DNA of 64,000 nt from Eledone cirrhosa (Eukaryota), in NCBI GenBank assembly GCA_964016885.1, contig OZ024756.1, positions 1,426,001 to 1,490,000 on the forward strand. Direction: 5' to 3'. Shown piece by piece: positions 62,301-64,000 of the stretch (its first letter is position 1; each line of letters starts with the position of its first letter). The position numbers were made by a program, and so were the translations under genes. The notes beneath the pieces were generated by a model. It did not search any database. It was not told the origin of the DNA and saw nothing but the letters and a program-made list of their open reading frames with translations.

Positions 62301-64000
62301 ATCTGGTCCTCTGTCTTGCTGTCTTCAGTACATCTATGAAGTGTGCAGTGTCAGTGATCTGGTCCTCTGTCTTGCTGTCTTCAGTTCATCTATGAAGTGT
62401 GCAGTGTCAGTGATCTGGTCCTCTGTCTTGCTGTCGTCGGTACATCTATGAATGTTGCAGTGTCAGTGATTTGGTCCTCTGTCTTGCTGTCTTCTGTTCA
62501 TCTATGAAGTATGCAGTGTCAGTGATCTCGTCCTCTGTCATGCTGTCTTCACTACATCTATGAAGTGTGCAGTGTCAGTGATCTGGTTCTCTGTCTTGCT
62601 GTCTTCAGTTCATTTATGAAGTGTGCAGTGTCAGTGATCTGGTCCTCTGTCTTGCTGTCTTCAGTACATCTATGAAGTGTGCAGTGTCAGGGATCTGGTC
62701 CTCTGTCTTGCTGTCTTCAGTACATCTATGAAGTGTGCAGTGTCAGTGATCTGGTCCTCTGTCTTGCTGTCTTCAGTACATCTATGAAGTGTGCAGTGTC
62801 AGGGATCTGGTCCTCTGTCTTGCTGTCTTCAGTACATCTATGAAGTGTGCAGTGTCAGGGATCTGATCCTCTGTCTTGCTGTCTTCAGTACATCTATGAA
62901 GTGTGCAGTGTCAGTGATCTGGTCCTCTGTCTTGCTGTCTTCAGTACATCTATGAAGTGTGCAGTGTCAGTGATCTGGTCCTCTGTCTTGCTGTCTTCAG
63001 TACATCTATGAAGTGTGCCGTGTCAGTAATCTGGTCCTCTGTCTTGCTGTCTTCAATACATCTATGAAGTGTGCAGTGTCAGGGATCTGGTCCTCTGTCT
63101 TGCTGTCTTCAGTACATCTATGAAGTGTGCAGTGTCAGGGATCTGGTCCTCTGTCTTGCTGTCTTCAGTACATCTATGAAGTGTGCAGTGTCAGTGATCT
63201 GGTCCTCTGTCTTGCTGTCTTCAGTACATCCAAGAAGTGTGCAGTGTCAGTGATCTGGTCCTCTGTCTTGCTGTTTTCAGTACATCTATGAAGTGTGCAG
63301 TGTCAGTGATCTGGTCCTCTGTCTTGCTGTCGTCGGTACATCTATGAATTTTGCAGTGTCAGTGATTTGGTCCTCTGTCTTGCTGTCTTCAGTTCATCTA
63401 TGAAGTATGCAGTGTCAGTGATCTCGTCCTCTGTCTTGCTGTCTTCACTACATCTATGAAGTGTGCAGTGTCAGTGATCTGGTTCTCTGTCTTGCTGTCT
63501 TCAGTTCATTTATGAAGTGTGCAGTGTCAGTGATCTGGTCCTCTGTCTTGCTGTCTTCAGTACATCTATGAAGTGTGCAGTGTCAGTAATCTGGTCCTCT
63601 GTCTTGCTGTCTTCAGTTCATCTATGAAGTGTGCAGTGTCAGTGATTTGGTCCTCTGTCTTGCTGTCTTCACTACATCTATGAAGTGTGCAGTGTCAGTG
63701 ATCTGGTCCTTTGTCTTGCTGTCTTCAGTTCATCTATGAAGTGTGCAGTGTCAGTGATCTGGTCCTCTGTCTTGCTGTCTTCAGTACATCTATGAAGTGT
63801 GCAGTGTCAGGGATCTGGTCCTCTGTCTTGCTGTCTTCAGTACATCTATGAAGTGTGCAGTGTCATGGATCTGGTCCTCTGTCTTGCTGTCTTCAGTACA
63901 TCTATGAAGTGTGCAGTGTCAGTGATCTGGTCCTCTGTCTTGCTGTCTTCAGTACATCTATGAAGTGTGCAGTGTCAGTGATCTGGTCCGCTGTCTTGCT
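17382..64000. repeat. 56-bp satellite array (~46.6 kb in window, ~830 monomers, continues past the window end)
   Basis: Monomer GTCTTCAGT(A/T)CATCTATGAAGTGTGCAGTGTCAG(T/G)GATCTGGTCCTCTGTCTTGCT, head-to-tail in one orientation with no spacers. Few substitutions per monomer and rare indels. Confidence 0.98.

Noticed and set aside
17382-64000. CRISPR-like array or repeat-encoded Cys-rich proteins (many 60-73 aa ORFs)
   Set aside because: There are no unique spacers and no cas genes. The 56-bp period shifts frame at each monomer, and the ORFs arise only where point variants remove stops.

Overview
Repeat-dominated animal genomic DNA. The (TA)n/(CA)n/(AAT)n density, tRNA-SINE, RTE and Penelope content look octopus/cephalopod-like (inference). 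I could not support any host protein-coding gene. Bases 1-17.4 kb hold a tRNA-Asn(GTT), a TA-flanked MITE-like element, a degenerate (CAA/CAG)n tract, and four short hammerhead-ribozyme-bearing Penelope-type pLTR fragments among (TA)n tracts (three are inverted-repeat pairs). Next come an RTE LINE fragment and a chain of retroelements joined by (AAT)n tracts: a full-length L1/Tx1-like LINE with two frameshifts, a Dong/R4-type RLE fragment, a doubly deleted L1/Tx1-like copy, a tRNA-SINE and a third L1/Tx1-like 3' end. A 3' part of a Penelope-like element (GIY-YIG) follows. From ~17,382 to the window end is a 56-bp satellite of ~830 copies with nested multi-monomer duplications. Main observation: on the minus strand the first satellite monomer reads in frame into the Penelope ORF (SKTEDQITDTAHFIDELKT-NGYP), so the satellite appears to be an amplified piece of Penelope coding sequence.
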